Position numbers and translations under genes: made by a program. The notes beneath the pieces are model-generated. The model was given only the letters and a program-made list of their open reading frames with translations, ran no database searches and was not told the origin of the DNA. A stretch of DNA of 64,000 nucleotides from Octopus sinensis (Eukaryota): the NCBI RefSeq assembly GCF_006345805.1, contig NC_042999.1:92814001-92878000 (forward strand), in the 5' to 3' direction. Below, one piece after another: positions 36,690-50,955 of the stretch (the first letter of the stretch is position 1; each line of letters starts with the position of its first letter).

Positions 36690-39560
36690 TAATATTTATG
36701 TGTTACTTAGGCGGATCAATGGAGAGTAAATCAAGGAACAAGTAAAGTCAATAATGTATCAGAACACATTGAAAGAATGAACATCTAACAAACAAATAAA
36801 CACACGAAGACTGTTGCAGAACGGGTGGGACTGAAGATGAATGAGAACAGAACCTCTAAGAACCGAAAAGGAAATAAACAACCTTGGTGGAAACAGAGAA
36901 AATCAGAAGCTATGCGCTCTTTGAACAGTGCAGTGTCAATACTTGACAGAGATAGAAAAGGTGTATTGAAGAGCGATCGCAAATTTCAAAAACTGAAGAA
37001 GTACGAAATGGTATGAAAAAGTACCCGGTCTAGTTCTGTAGCGCGCCAACAGATGGCAGCACAGTATTGCATGCACAATGAGAGTAAGCAGTGACATTTA
37101 TGAGGCAGTGTGCTGAGTGAGATCGCAGTGTTTGCTTCACAAGTTGTGAAATTTGTGTTTTGGTGATCACATGTATACTGTAGTCTGCGACTTTGTCATG
37201 GACGGGAAGTTGAAACATAGAGCTAACGTGAAATTTTGCGTTAAACTTGGGAAGTCTGCTACAGAGACATTCAGCATGCTTCGACAAGTTTACAGTGACG
37301 GGGCAAATGGTGGTATGCAGTGTTTCGAGTAGCACGGGCGCTTCAAAAAAACGGCAAAACGTCCCTGGAAGACGATGAGCTACCAGGGAGAACAACCACC
37401 AGTGTTACCCTCGGAAATGTGGAGAACTTTTATCAGCCTCTGCTTGAGGATTGTCGGAGAAAAGATCAACGACATTGCTGAAATTGTTCGCCTGTCGTAT
37501 AGGTCCGTGCAGTCACTCCTAACGTCTGAAATGAACTTGCGGCTTGTCTCTGCCGAGTTTGTCAGCTGACCACTGACCAGAAAGAACATTGCGCCAAAGT
37601 CTGTCAAGATTTCCGTCAGTATGTCGCTGATGACCCATCCTTCATATCAGGGATCACCGGTGAAGTCAGTTGTGTCTATGGATACGAACTTGAGACGAAG
37701 TAGCATTTGTCTCCATGATCGAAGAAGGCATTACAGAACCGCAGCTCAATCAAGAGCATGCTCATCGTTTTTTCGACATCCGCGGTATTATGCATCAAGA
37801 ATCCTCCCCCTCTCAGGGCCAGACCGTCAATTGAGAGCCCTTCTGCGACATTTTAAAGCGTTTCAAGGAGTACATTCGACGAAAGCGACCGGATCTGTGA
37901 AGCACGAAGAACTGAATTCTTTACCAAGACAATGCACCCTGTCACCGAGCTCTTCTCACTCAGGCGTTTCTCGCCGAAAACATGGTATAGCTTCCGCACC
38001 CACCCTATTCGTCAGAGTTTGCACCTGCAGACTTACATCTCTTCCCCAAGAGGAAAATGCAGCTGAAAGATACCAGATTTAACACCGTTATTGAGATGAA
38101 GAGCAAATCTCAGGAAATCCACGACTCGCTTGCGAAAAACGATTTCCATGCCCCATTCCAAAAGTGGCAGGAACGCTGGGACCGGTGTATTGCAGCGCAA
38201 GATAGCTATTTCGAAGGAGATGATGTTGAAACTTAGGTAAATAAGTTAGTTTTTTATTAAACGAAACTAGTCCGGAGCACTTTCATACCACCTCGTATGG
38301 TGTTGATATAAAGGACTGAATATTGTGATTGAAGACCTGGAGCAGCGCATACTTGTCAAAAAAGCAAAAGTAACTAGTTCTGAGTAACGGATTAAGCAAT
38401 GCCAGTAAAACGGATCGTTTAGAAACGACCAAAAAGATTACCATTTGGAAGATTAGATGAAATTCGACAGTTTTGAGGGGTGATATGAAGTAAGCAAGAA
38501 CAACATAATACATGAGCTGAATAGCTCTGAAGTATGAAGCAAACAGCTTCTTATCTTCAGTAAGAAGCTATCCTCTTTACAGAGAGCAACGTTAGGAATA
38601 TGCGCAGAAAGATGAATAATTAATCAACAGCAAAACCTGATGGTATACACGGATTTGATATAAAAATGTTCAGTGGATGCCATAAATTGATTGGAGAGCA
38701 ATTTAATGAATTGGTTGACGACGGAGGAGAAGAAATTCCAGGGTGGCTGACCAAAGGAGGAATGGTGTTGTGTTTGAAGGATGTGTCGAAAGAAAATACT
38801 GCCAACAATTACAGGATAAATTCTTGCCTTCCATAATATGGAAGTTTACTGTCAGGAGGCCTTGCAGAAAAATGTGTAACTTTCTTGATGACAAGGACAT
38901 TTTACCAATGGAATAAGAAGGTTGTTGGGGAAATGTAGAAGTACAAAAAGACCAATTGTTGATAGACAAAATAGAAATGCAAGATTGTAAATGATGGAGG
39001 TCAGATTTGGGAATTGCCTCGATTGAACGTATGATACGATTCCACATTCGCTGATCATTGAGTGCTTGGATGTGTTTGGAATTCCAAGATATGTAACATG
39101 TTCTCTGGTGAGAAGTATCGAGGCTTATAAGACTGTGTTGACATCGCACAGTTAAAAGCTTGGGCACCCTGGGTATCAAGAGAAGGATTTTTGCAAAGTG
39201 ATAACTTACTTCCGTTGTTTTTTTTTTGTTTTTTTTTTGTAATTTGCATGTTTCCTCTGAACTTTGTGTTGATGAAAAAGAAGCTCGGATACCAGCTCAA
39301 GGTTAAAACACAAAGAATCAATAATTTCTTCATAGAGGATTTGTTGCTGTATGGCAAGGATGAGGTACAAGGGAATTCTTTGGTGAACACTGACCACTGC
39401 CTTAGTGCTGATATTAATCTGAAATTTAAACACAAGAAGTATGTTGTAACGAGTCTAAAAAGTGGCAATGAACAGGCCCTGGCAAGGAGAGAATTACCAA
39501 ATTGAGAAGTAATGAAACAAATTGAAAAGGAAGGATATAAGTACCTTGGTATATAAAGAA
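36690..39560 (+). mobile_element. Degenerate R4/Dong-type LINE interrupted by a mariner
   Basis: WKQRKSEAMRSL...KLKKY|GVDIK, then KPDGIHGF...IPGWLTKG, and RT motifs through EGYKYLGI. Confidence 0.75.
37004..38295 (+). mobile_element. Full-length mariner with TIRs, TA duplication and inactivated transposase (ATG at 37198)
   Basis: TIRs cgaaatggtatgaaaaagtacccggtctagtt and cgaggtggtatgaaagtgctccggactagtt. TA at 37002-37003 and 38296-38297. Protein begins MDGKLKHRANVKFCVKLGKSATETF, with stops and frameshifts. Confidence 0.9.
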
Positions 39561-40193
39561 AATTTGTAATTCAAATCCTTAAGACCAGTCGCATCAAGCG
39601 ACAGCTCTTGCGTTTATGTGTGTATGTGTCGGAAAAAACATATTTACTAAGATAGAAGTGTGCTATAAAATTATAAATTATAAATTATCTTTTACATACC
39701 TTTTTAAAAAAATTGTTCTGTTGCTCAACTGAAATTTATTGCAAGTATATTTACACGCGCGCGCACGTACACACACACGCACGCACAATCTCTCTCTCCC
39801 TCACTTTCTCTTTCTAACATAAACACACACAGACACGCACACAGTGTGAGCGATATACCTTTATAGGGAGTGAGAACATTTACCAAAAGAAAATCAAAGA
39901 GACAGACAAATGTGACAGATTTTGAAACTTTAGAATCGAGGGATATTTTCAAAGTTACCAGATTTTTGTACTTTTGAACGCTGAATCTGAGTTTTTGATT
40001 CATTTATTCCAGCAATTGAAAATTTGATCATTTTAAATTAATAAAAAAAACAGCATTTGTGCGTAATAACTGTCAGAAAATGAAAGTAAACATGGAAATA
40101 AAAGTTTTAAAAAAATGAAAACTACGAGTGCGAATTAATTGTTTAAAGTTGATGGGATCCTTTTTCTCTTTAATCAGTCTTAGGACAATGTTA

Positions 40194-40235
<42 letters not shown>

Positions 40236-40489
40236 TATATACTTGTATTACGATTTAATAAATATAGTCATAATTAAGTTCTCAAAAATTTTAAAATAGT
40301 CTATTTTTTATAACCAGAGAAGCACTAGTTAATTCCTTTATCATGAGAATACGTAAGGGTCATCAAACACAGGACAAACTGTTGTTGGTTTTACAAACAT
40401 CTTTATTTAAATGTAGCAATTGTCATTTCAAAATAAGCACGAAGAAAAAAAGAAGGGAAATAGTTGCTTATTAGCATCAACGGTTTAAA

Positions 40490-40700
40490 ATGTTTCCACA
40501 CAGTCGGAAATTATAAGGTGAGTGGTGTAGTCGATTCATCGAATCCAGTTTCCAATTGCAGCTTATTGTATTAGCTTGGAAATGAACGGAAAGCAAAGTC
40601 GTCCTCGGAGGAATATGATTTCAGAATAGGGCCGGGAAAACTGCCGCTCTGCATCTTGCCGGGCGAGCTAAATATTCCACCAGTTCATCGCTTTCTAAAT
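40490..40700 (-). mobile_element. SINE family B, highly degenerate
   Basis: aaagcaaagtcgtcctcggaggaatatga and a head-like segment in reverse complement. Confidence 0.55.
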
Positions 40701-40739
40701 TTATGCATAAATAATTATTAGGTCGTCAATAGCATCTTG

Positions 40740-41035
40740 GAAGGCTTGTTTTACTGTATCGTCTGAATTACATTTTTCCCTATCAAAAGGTTATCCAAAT
40801 TCTGGAAGAAGTTGTAACTAGTGTGAGCAAGATCTGGTGAGTATGGTGGATTATGGAGAATATCCAACTCCAACTGCTGTAGTTTCGCCAATGTCATCTT
40901 TTACGATGTGTAGTCTGGCGTTGTCTTGCAATAAAACAGAAGTGGATCTGTTGACTAATCTAAGCTGTTCTTTTTTGTGAGATTCTGCATCATTTGGTCC
41001 AGTGGACTGCAGTATACTTCGGCTGTGATTGATGA
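40740..41035 (-). mobile_element. Mariner transposase fragment
   Basis: Minus-strand QDNARLHIVKMTLAKLQQLELDILHNPPYSPDLA (DNA..H and YSPDL motifs). Confidence 0.8.
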
Positions 41036-41041
41036 GACAGA

Positions 41042-41083
<42 letters not shown>

Positions 41084-41355
41084 GTGTGTGTATGTGTGTG
41101 TGTATGTGCGTGTATATATATATATATATATAGACATATCCTTAATTCTAATTCTCTGTAAATGACTTATTCGAGGCAAAGTTTTCACAACTCGCTTGAC
41201 CTAAATATGAAATTTTTGATTCCTTTGATGGTATTGAGTACTTTTCTTTCCAGCAGTCAGCACAGAATTGATTCACACATATGCGAGGAAGATTAAAAAG
41301 TTATGCGTTAAACATAAAAAAATAACGAATGAAGATATGTATGTATATATATATA

Positions 41356-41400
<45 letters not shown>

Positions 41401-42224
41401 AATATATGTACATATATACATACGTACATACATACAAATATATATTTTATATTATATATTTATTATGTTACACACACACACATATAGATTTTTTTTTTTA
41501 ATCGGCTGTTCTGCCGGATTTGCAAGAGAAAGAATCCTTGCTGTAAAATATTACTCTTTCTCACTTTCGTTCTTAAAACAATCCCAAAATGACATATTCC
41601 TTTTTCTGCATCTCTTTTTAATAATTTAATTTTTAATGTTTTCAGCGATGGCACTGTTTCAGAAAATCGGTTTCCATCATCACTGTGAATTGCTCTCGGG
41701 ATTTAAATACATTTTTTACAAGATGATATGCATATAAAATACCTGAAAATATACTCTATTCTTTGGGTCATAGAGAAAAATTAAAATAAAAGTACTTGGA
41801 ATATATGCGTAAAAAGTGTTAACCCAGCTTGATTTATTTCATAACAGGCCTTTATTTTTTGAATTAGCTCTGTGTATAACTTATCTGTTAGGAGTCTCTC
41901 ATTTAAAGCAGACTGTTACATTGTAAGACAAATAATGTAGGAAATGCAGTAAAATATGTTCAACCATATCTATCTTATTATGTACCTTATAATGACTGTG
42001 ATTGCAAATTCATTAAAGATAGCACTCGCAAGTAATTAATGCAAAGAAACACTTGTCTGAGCTACGAGTGCCAAATTGCGCTATCACGATTTGATATTAT
42101 TTGAATGGCCATATTTTCACGGTTTCATACAAATTTGTGCTAGAGCTAAATAATAAAATAATTAAAAAAATAATAACTTCCAATAAATTATTTTGAACAC
42201 ACTTGTAGCTAACTGGTGCAGGGC

Positions 42225-42505
42225 ATGGCTGGAAGTAAAAGGTTTGCTTCTGAACTACATGACTTAAAATTCAGTCCTAGTAAGTGGGCCGGGGAGAGAG
42301 TCTCCTACTTTAGGAGACAGGCTCACCAAATTACCGTTATGGATTTGCTAGATTGAAAGAAGTTCACCGAATGTATACAAATATGTATGTGTAAGTTTAT
42401 CTTTGTGTTCGTCTCTCACTAACGCTTTACAACAAGTACTATTTCATTCAGGTTCTCCCCAGTGTCTCAGTAAGCCAGTACTAGACTTAAAATAAGTACT
42501 AGTCT
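42225..42505 (+). mobile_element. Degenerate SINE family A-like copy
   Basis: ggtttgcttctgaactacatg...ttcagtcct...ttgctagattgaaagaag resembles family A. Confidence 0.45.
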
Positions 42506-43034
42506 AAAATGAAAATAATTAGGTTTCGAATAAAAAGGTCAAGGTAGTGCTCGAGCATGCCCAATAACTGAAATGAGATAAAAATATACGAAAGTACGAC
42601 CTTGTTAACAGCCTTGTTGTCCTGTTGCTTTTAGGCATTTTCTTAAAGAGTACACGTGTTTTTAGAATATTCAAGAAACATATATGTTCATTCAAAGAAC
42701 AGACACAGCTAGATACACCGTTGAAAATACACATTATCGAAATCGACGCAAGATGTTCTTTCACATTAAGGAGACATATGCACTTATATAATGTACAGTA
42801 CTGGGGAATGTTCACGGAATATGAAACTTATTTCACATCTGTAGTGTGAGAAAGTACGTTCACGTTACATCAGAAAGTGGTGTAAAATAAAGCACAGCCA
42901 GCATGCAAGGTAGCTTGAAGCATGCCTCTCTGAATATGTATTTATATATGTGAATATATCACATCACATATATACAGATGAGTGCTCGCAAACACACATG
43001 AATATACATAGGGACAAAGATATACATATATATT

Positions 43035-43066
<32 letters not shown>

Positions 43067-43289
43067 CGTTTAAATATTTGTTGTGCAAGATTTTTTAAGT
43101 GAAGTCGTGTGTTGAAACAGATATTGTTATATTTCGGAATGGTCATATACAAAAAGCACACGAAAGAACTCTGGCCGAAATAAGATTAAGATTAATGTAA
43201 AAATAAATATCACTGAAGCAAAATAACACCAAATATATAGTGCGTGTGTTTTTATTGGCTAAACTGGCAATATGGCCATTCCGAAATAT

Positions 43290-43335
<46 letters not shown>

Positions 43336-43382
43336 ATATATATAGGGATATATATATATATATACATATAATATGTATATAT

Positions 43383-43464
<82 letters not shown>

Positions 43465-43767
43465 CTGAACGTACATATGTGTATATATATATATATTTAT
43501 ATACTTACATATATATATATACATATATATATATACATGTATGTATATGCACATGCGTAAGTGACATGTGCACGGACACGCCGCCACCATTTCAACTGCC
43601 GTCTTTATTTTGATATCTGACAACTTGAAATCTACAGAGTATGTATGAATATCTGACAAATTGACTGTTCTGATTTTATACATACATACATGCATATATG
43701 TGTGTCCGTGTCCGTATGTGTGAGTATGTCTTCACGTTTGTGTTTGTGTGAGTGTATATGTGCGTGC

Positions 43768-43822
<55 letters not shown>

Positions 43823-43901
43823 ATATATTATATATATATATATATATGTATATATATAATCAATAAATGGTGGGGTTGTGTTGACCGCACGTGGAGAAAT
43901 G

Positions 43902-44355
43902 ATAGGCAAGGAAAAATTATAAAAAGGCAGAATGCTAAATTTAAGGAAGATTTTAATGAAAATGGGTGTATGGAAAAATTAGAAAAATTAATAAAATATA
44001 TATATATTAATTCAAAACGGTTTTCGTCACAATGTGACTTTTCAAGAATTGTAAGTTGAAAAGAAAAAAAAAATTATGTTTGACGCGGGGGAAAAAAGAA
44101 AATTACACTGCCTTTTGCAAAAAAATAATAATAAACATATACAAAAATTAGAAAGTAGGTCCACCGATACATTGTAAAGTCTTTGTGTATCTCGAGTTTA
44201 ATGATAGTTCTTGAAAAATTACCTTGGAGGATTGAGATCCATGTGATTAAATCCATGTGCTGTTTAATTTAATTAAATTAAGGATGTATGTTCATTTTCA
44301 TTAAAATCTTCCTTAAAGTTAGCATTCTGCCTTTTTATAATTTTTCCTTGCCTAT
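43902..44355. repeat. PLE-type element with ~63-bp inverted arms (43902-43964 and 44292-44355) between (TA)n tracts
   Basis: Direct reverse-complement match. Shares aaaggcagaatgc with the 10548 palindrome. Confidence 0.8.
44009..44050 (-). ncRNA. Hammerhead motif (U3-A8 variant) with one substitution in stem III
   Basis: AAUUC-UUGAAAA-GUCAC-AUU-GUGAC-GAAAACCGUUU-U-GAAUU. Stems I and II are perfect. Confidence 0.6.
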
Positions 44356-45967
44356 ATATATATATATATATACATCAGCAATGCGTTGACAGATGCACTT
44401 ATGAAAATTTGAAAAGTGGCGCTAATACAAAGTATTTCGGGAGTGTATATGTATGTAAACAATAAGCAATAGACCGGAAGTGAAAAGTGTAATTGTAATG
44501 AATGATGTTAATAAGTATGACTGATTGCAAGTGAGTGTTAAACGGTATAAAATAACAGTAGTAACACATATATGCTGATCTAGATTTACAGTCTTACACA
44601 AATGCTTACTCACGTGAGTGAATCCTTTAAAAACTCTTCTTGTATTTCAATAAAATCTAAATAATATATATGAGCTTTATTGACATACACCAAATACGGC
44701 TTAGCAGTGTCAACATCACTTATGAAAACTACTTTCAACACATGCCATTCAACATACACTGATGAAATTTGAAACTTTGATAGAAATATCAGATTTAACT
44801 CGTGTACATCACAATCTTCCTAAACTATTTATTTTTGCATATTTTACTGGAAGCTCTTTAAGGATTACTTAGTAGGGAATCGTAAACGCAGGCCAATTAA
44901 ACTCTTGAACAGAATAAATAAGGTGTAATTGGCAAGAATATAGACAGCGCTCTAAAGGCTTGGGTAGGGAAATAATGATCATAACACAACGAAATAGATG
45001 CAGCGTAACCGTCAAAATTGAAAGCAAGTTAATTGTAGTAATGCTCAGTTTAATATTTTATTGTTCTCATCAATCTCAATGAATTTGCAAGTTCTAAAGT
45101 TCATTAAGGATTACGCTACCATAAAAAAGGGTTATTAGGTTAAGATTATTTTGAAATCAAGAAAGTAAATTTTGTTATTCATAAGAATCATGGTATGCAG
45201 CCCCCGACAATCAATTCGATGACAATTGATTAATTTGCAGCTTGTGAGTATGTGTTTGAGTGTATGAGTGTGTATTTGTGTGCATGCGTATCTGTATATA
45301 AGAAGGAATAAATATCTCTTGTATGCGTATAAATCTCTGTATACTTGCGTTTATTATTGTAATTTCCTTACTTTATATACAAATGCAAATCCTGCAAGGT
45401 ACGTAACTCAAAGCTAGAACTTGGATATCATATCCAAATTCTGGAAAGTTACACGTTGAATTGTAGAGAAGTAGTCTTGCATATTTTTACAATTCCAATT
45501 ATAGATTTGTATTTGCAAAGCCCATGCTATCTGGTCTCTATGTCTAAAAATCCAGCATTTTGAGATGAAGAATCATCAGTAATTATATAGCCCAAACCAC
45601 CAAAAATTACAGGCACAAATGTGAAGTTAGAATCCGGAAAGCTTATTGGTAAGTTTCGAGGCAATTAACGGATATTACCTCTTGTTTATATGTAAAATAA
45701 AATTCTCACCTATAGGAGAACTGATTATTTTAACTCTCTATAATTTTCTTTTCTTTTCTGTCCAAGACAATTTTATCAGACCTGTTACCTTAGTTACTGG
45801 CAAAAGTCATAATGGAAATATTCCAGTATCCCACCAATATTACTTGGTTTGAAACGTATTTACACAACAGAGGAATTATATATTCTATGTTTATCCCAGT
45901 ATAGTATTTTATAGGAAGAATAATTCATATTCTTTTAGCAACAAAATTCAGTTTTTCCGTGTAGGCC

Positions 45968-45999
<32 letters not shown>

Positions 46000-46480
46000 T
46001 GTATGTATGTATGTATGTATGTGTGTGTGTATGTATGTATGCGTCTATGCATATATTTATAAAGGGTTGCATTTATAGGTATTTATCACCTAAGCAAAAA
46101 TGGGTTAAATTTGTTCACACATGTGGCAAAATCTGACATTTGCTGTGATTGATGTTAGTACTTGAATTGAATCTTTCTTCCCTCATTTATGATCTGCAGA
46201 CTCAAGAAACATATAAAAATGTCAATAAGTCACTGAGAATTGATAACTTTACAATGGTTCTGTGAACATTGTTACACTGATTCGCACAAACTTTTTTTGG
46301 ATTTGATATGTTTTCTTTACGATCTAGCTCCAGCTGAAACCATCACGAGTATATATGGTGAGGGTAGGGTGAGGAATAGATATAGTTCAATAATGGTTAC
46401 AAGAAATTCTTTGCCTGCATAGTGACCACTTTTTAAATATTATAAAGTTATTGATACTGATGGTGTCGATGATAACGATA

Positions 46481-46539
<59 letters not shown>

Positions 46540-46559
46540 AATAATAATAATAATAGTAA

Positions 46560-49500
46560 TAACAGTAATATGAAAAGATTCGAAAACGACATTTCCACAA
46601 AAAGCTTATTTGGCAAGAGCGTATTCAACTCCAAATTCAGTTACTCAGGTCTTACACAGAATGCTTAAAAGAACCTTAACTTTGACAAGAATATCAAACC
46701 AACAAAAATCCAAAACATCAAAGCAAAAGTATAACATGAAGACTATACTTGACATCGATACTACCACAGGAACTATCAAGCGAAAGTATGTGCTGAAGCT
46801 GCCCGCACAAAGCATAGTATGAAAAATGCGTTAGACAACATGTTAGAAAATCACACAAAATTTTTTTTCCACTAAGATAAGGAAAATACCAGTTACAGTA
46901 AAGTCTGTCCCATCAAAAGAAGAGGTGCAGGAATTTTGGAATTTAATTTAGGCAGAAAGAAAAAGCATATACTAAAAAGCTCTTGGATTGATAGAATATC
47001 TACTGACTTAGACTCTTTAGAAGAGCAAAAGTGGGAGGGTATCAATGTAGGGGATATAATATCTGCTTTCAGGAAGTCAAGCAAATGGAAGTGTCCAGGA
47101 AAGGATACAATTACTAACTTCGGTTTGAATGCCTTCCCAGAGAGTCATGAACTGCTAACAAAAGTTTACAACAATGTTTTGCGACAACCTAGTACGATTC
47201 CCTCTTGGCTAGTGAGTGGTGTTACATTTCTACTTCCAAAAATGAAGAAACAAATGAACCAAAAGGTTATAGAACCAAACCTACTAAACAGTAATGTATA
47301 AAATACTAGCATCTGTCTTCCCTGAATGCACCTATAGTTTTTAAATAGAAAGTGGCATCTTCCATAATGAGTAAAAAATGTTAACGTTGGTCCTATGGTA
47401 GTAAAGATCAGCTACTCATCAATAAGAGGATCTTGGAAGATTGTCACAAACAACACAAAAACTTGTCGACAGCCTGCATAGGCTATAAAAGGCTTCTAAT
47501 AGTCTACCATATAATTGGATTGAGAAATGTCTGGAAATTTATAAAATAGCACATATTCTGTGAAACGTCTTGTCTGTAAGTATGGAATAATTGAGAGCCA
47601 CTCTGAATTTGAATTGTGACTATGAATCTCTCTAAGAATGTCATGTAAGAATATCATGTAGCATTTTCCAGGGTGATTCCATATTAGACTCCTCTTTTGT
47701 CTAGTTTTAATACCTCCCTCGATATTGCTCGTTGATGTACAATATGGCTATACAAGAAAACATCATACTCAGTAAAAGCAAGCAAAGAGATACCTAAATG
47801 AATTCCAAATACAAAAATTCCCTGACGAAGATGTACTGGAAAACAAGTACAGAAAAAGCTAAGCATATGAAGACCCGTGCTAAAACTGCTGTCTTAGATA
47901 TTCTTATTGGTAAATGGCAAGAAAATGGCAAAGAGAGCTAATAATACCGGTGTTGAAAAAGCCCTTACTCATCAATGGTTAGTGTCTGCTGGCTTAAAAT
48001 CAGAGACAGAACGGTTTATCATAGCAGCCCAAGATCAATGGCTACCTACAAGGAGCTACTAGGCCAACATATTAAAGTACGGTAGTTGCCCAACGTGTAG
48101 TGTATGTAAACAACAAAATGAAACCATCTATAATCTTGTTTCCATGGGCAGTCTTCTTGTGCCAACGAAGTTTCACAACAGGCACAATAGAGCAGTACAG
48201 TATATTCACTGGGTAATTTGCAAAACCTTGGACCTGCCCCATGATAAAAACTGGTTGGAACACAAACCACCTCCAGTCCTTGAAAACGACAACATCTCAC
48301 TCCTCTGGAACTTCACCGTTCACATTGACAAAAAGATAGATGCGAATAGACTAGACATTGAAGGACTTCTGACAAAAATTATGCTTCCTCATTGATATGT
48401 GTCATATCAATGAGGAAGCATAATTTTTGTCAGAAGTCCTTCAATGTCTAGTCTATTCGCATCTATCTTTTTGTCAATGTGAACGGTGAAGTTCCAGAGG
48501 AGTGAGATGTTGTCGTTTTCAAGGACTGGAGGTGGTTTGTGTTCCAACCAGTTTTTATTGTGGGTCAGGTCCAAGGTTTTGCAAATTACCCAGTGAATAT
48601 ACTGTACTGCTCTATTGTGCCTGTTGTGAAACTTCGTTGGCGCAAGAAGACTGCCCATGGAAACAAGATTATAGATGGTTTCATTTTGTTGTTTACATAC
48701 ACTACACGTTGGGCAACTACCGTACTTTAATATGTTGGCCTAGTAGCTCCTTGTAGGTAGCCATTGATCTTGGGCTGCTATGATAAACCGTTCTGTCTCT
48801 GATTTTAAGCCAGCAGACACTAACCATTGATGAGTAAGGGCTTTTTCAACACCGGTATTATTAGCTCTCTTTGCCATTTTCTTGCCATTTACCAATAAGA
48901 ATATCTAAGGCAGCAGTTTTAGCACGGGTCTTCATATGCTTAGCTTTTTCTGTGCATGTTTTCCAGTACATCTTCGTCAGGGACTTTTTGTATTTGGAAT
49001 TCATTTAGGTATCTCTTTGCTTGTTTTTACTGAGTATGATGTTTTCTTGTATAGCCATATTGTACATCAACGAGCAATATCGAGGGAGGTATTAAAACTA
49101 GACAAAAGAGGAGTCTAATATGGAATCACCCTGGAAAATGCTACATGATATTCTTACATGACATTCTTAGAGGAGATAAATGTATATCAAGACCTACCAA
49201 ACACTGAGCAAGTATAAAGATCATGAAATAGAAATTGGAAAATGTTGAACCTCAAGACTAATACAATAGCTGTTGTCATAGGAACCCTAGGAATGATAGC
49301 AAAAGGGGCTGATTGCTATTAGTTCAGATAACAGGAAATCCTAAAATAGCAGAGATTCTAAAAATAGTAGAGCTCATGGAAATTGTCCATATCCTACGTA
49401 AATTACTGTCTATGTAAGCTTAAATTATAAGACAAGCTTATAATTTTCTTGTGTTTTTTAAACATTCTCTAGAACAATACTTTGTGCAAAACCAGGTTTA

Positions 49501-49620
49501 TGGCATAATACCATAATACTAACCTGTCATAATACCAACTTGAACTACTAACTTGTCTCGTGAGGTCTCTCGGGGAGACTTGGAGTCCAGTTATGCAAAT
49601 ACAAAGCAAAAGTCAAGCAT
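46560..49620 (+). mobile_element. Degenerate R4/Dong-type LINE (second subfamily) containing an internal inverted duplication
   Basis: WKCPGKDTITNF...IPSWLVSGVTFLLPK, a GIFQGD-like motif, a CCHC knuckle and RLE region LLWNFTVHIDKKIDANRLDI. Starts and ends in (GAT/TAA)n. Confidence 0.85.
47630..49172. repeat. 770-bp-arm perfect-centre inverted duplication (arms 47630-48399 and 48403-49172)
   Basis: Centre gatatg-tgt-catatc. The ORF track shows mirrored near-identical peptides. Confidence 0.95.
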
Positions 49621-49643
49621 ATAATGATAATAATAATAATAAC

Positions 49644-49719
<76 letters not shown>

Positions 49720-49823
49720 TGCCTGGTGTACCCTTATCAGACGGGTGGTCATGATGGGTATACCGAGCTTCGTATATTTTACCCCACTGTCACTTTGATG
49801 ACATGCACTGCTTTCTCTCACGC

Positions 49824-49868
<45 letters not shown>

Positions 49869-49872
49869 TAAG

Positions 49873-49932
49873 GCGGCTGGACGTGAGAGCGGTTGGATGT
49901 GACAGTGGCTGGATGTGACAGCGGCTGGACGG
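49873..49932 (+). repeat. 16-bp minisatellite, about 3.7 copies
   Basis: gcggctggacgtgaga / gcggttggatgtgaca / gtggctggatgtgaca / gcggctggacgg. Confidence 0.85.
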
Positions 49933-50924
49933 GTTTTTCGCTGCTCTGACGTGTCAGCAGCTGAAGACAAAGAAACACTAATACAACACAGCAGGACAAC
50001 TGAAAAAATAACTCTAAAAGACTGGAATATCTACAGCTGTCTGTGAGTATCTTGAACTTCCCTCAAAATAAGTTAAGGAACTTACATATCTACAACTTTG
50101 GACATACAAAAGAACACCTAAAAAACATCAAAAAATTTAGAAACTTTAAAATCTCCAATCTTGTGTGAACATTTTGTCTTCCCTTCTTCCTTGATTTACA
50201 GAATATGTAAACATGCTTTTATTGCAACAATACAATTAAATGCATGATAAAAAAATTAAGGAAGTAAGCACCTGCCAATATATACATACTGCACAACTAC
50301 AAAAACTGTTAACCACAGTAAAACCTTACAGAAGAAAAGAAAAAGAAAAAGGAATTCAGAAATTCAAAAATCCAACGAGGTGAAAATCTCTTCTGCCTAC
50401 TATTCCCAAAGACTGGAATATCTACAATTTCCTGTGATTATTTTAAATCTCCCTCAAAATAAAATAAGTTAGGAAACTTACATACTGACAGCTTTCGAAC
50501 TCACAAACGATCAGCTTAAAAAAACTATAAAATCTACGACTACTGTGTGAATACTTATCCTTTCCTCTCTCCCTGGGTATTCGAAAATGTAAACACCCTC
50601 CATTTTATTCTAAGAACACTACCATTTCTCTCAGTGCGGTCATACAAAAGAACATGTTTACTTAATCTTAAAACTTTACTATCTACAACTTGTTTTCTTT
50701 TCTTTTTGACTCTCCCTGAGTATTCAAAAATGTAAACATCATTTTCATTGCAAAAGTCCTACTGTATTCTCCAACTGGACAAACAAACGAACATCTCAAG
50801 AAAACTTTAAAACTTTAATATATACCCAAATACGTAAACACACCTTTTATTGCAACAAAAGAATTGAATTCAGAAGTTAAAAAATTCAACGACGTGAATA
50901 TCAGTATACGTGTGTGTATGTATG

Positions 50925-50955
<31 letters not shown>

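Noticed and set aside
41640-41692. Minus-strand GUGAUGA...GAAACAGUG hammerhead-like relic
   Set aside because: C3 is altered, the GUG is non-cleavable and stem I is unconvincing.
42625-42849. 74-aa ORF with a possible acceptor
   Set aside because: No recognisable motif and no partner exons.
45750-45960. Possible exon after a strong polypyrimidine tract
   Set aside because: All frames close quickly and no recognisable protein is encoded.
49873-49932. CRISPR-like short repeats
   Set aside because: Contiguous 16-bp units with no spacers in a eukaryotic context.
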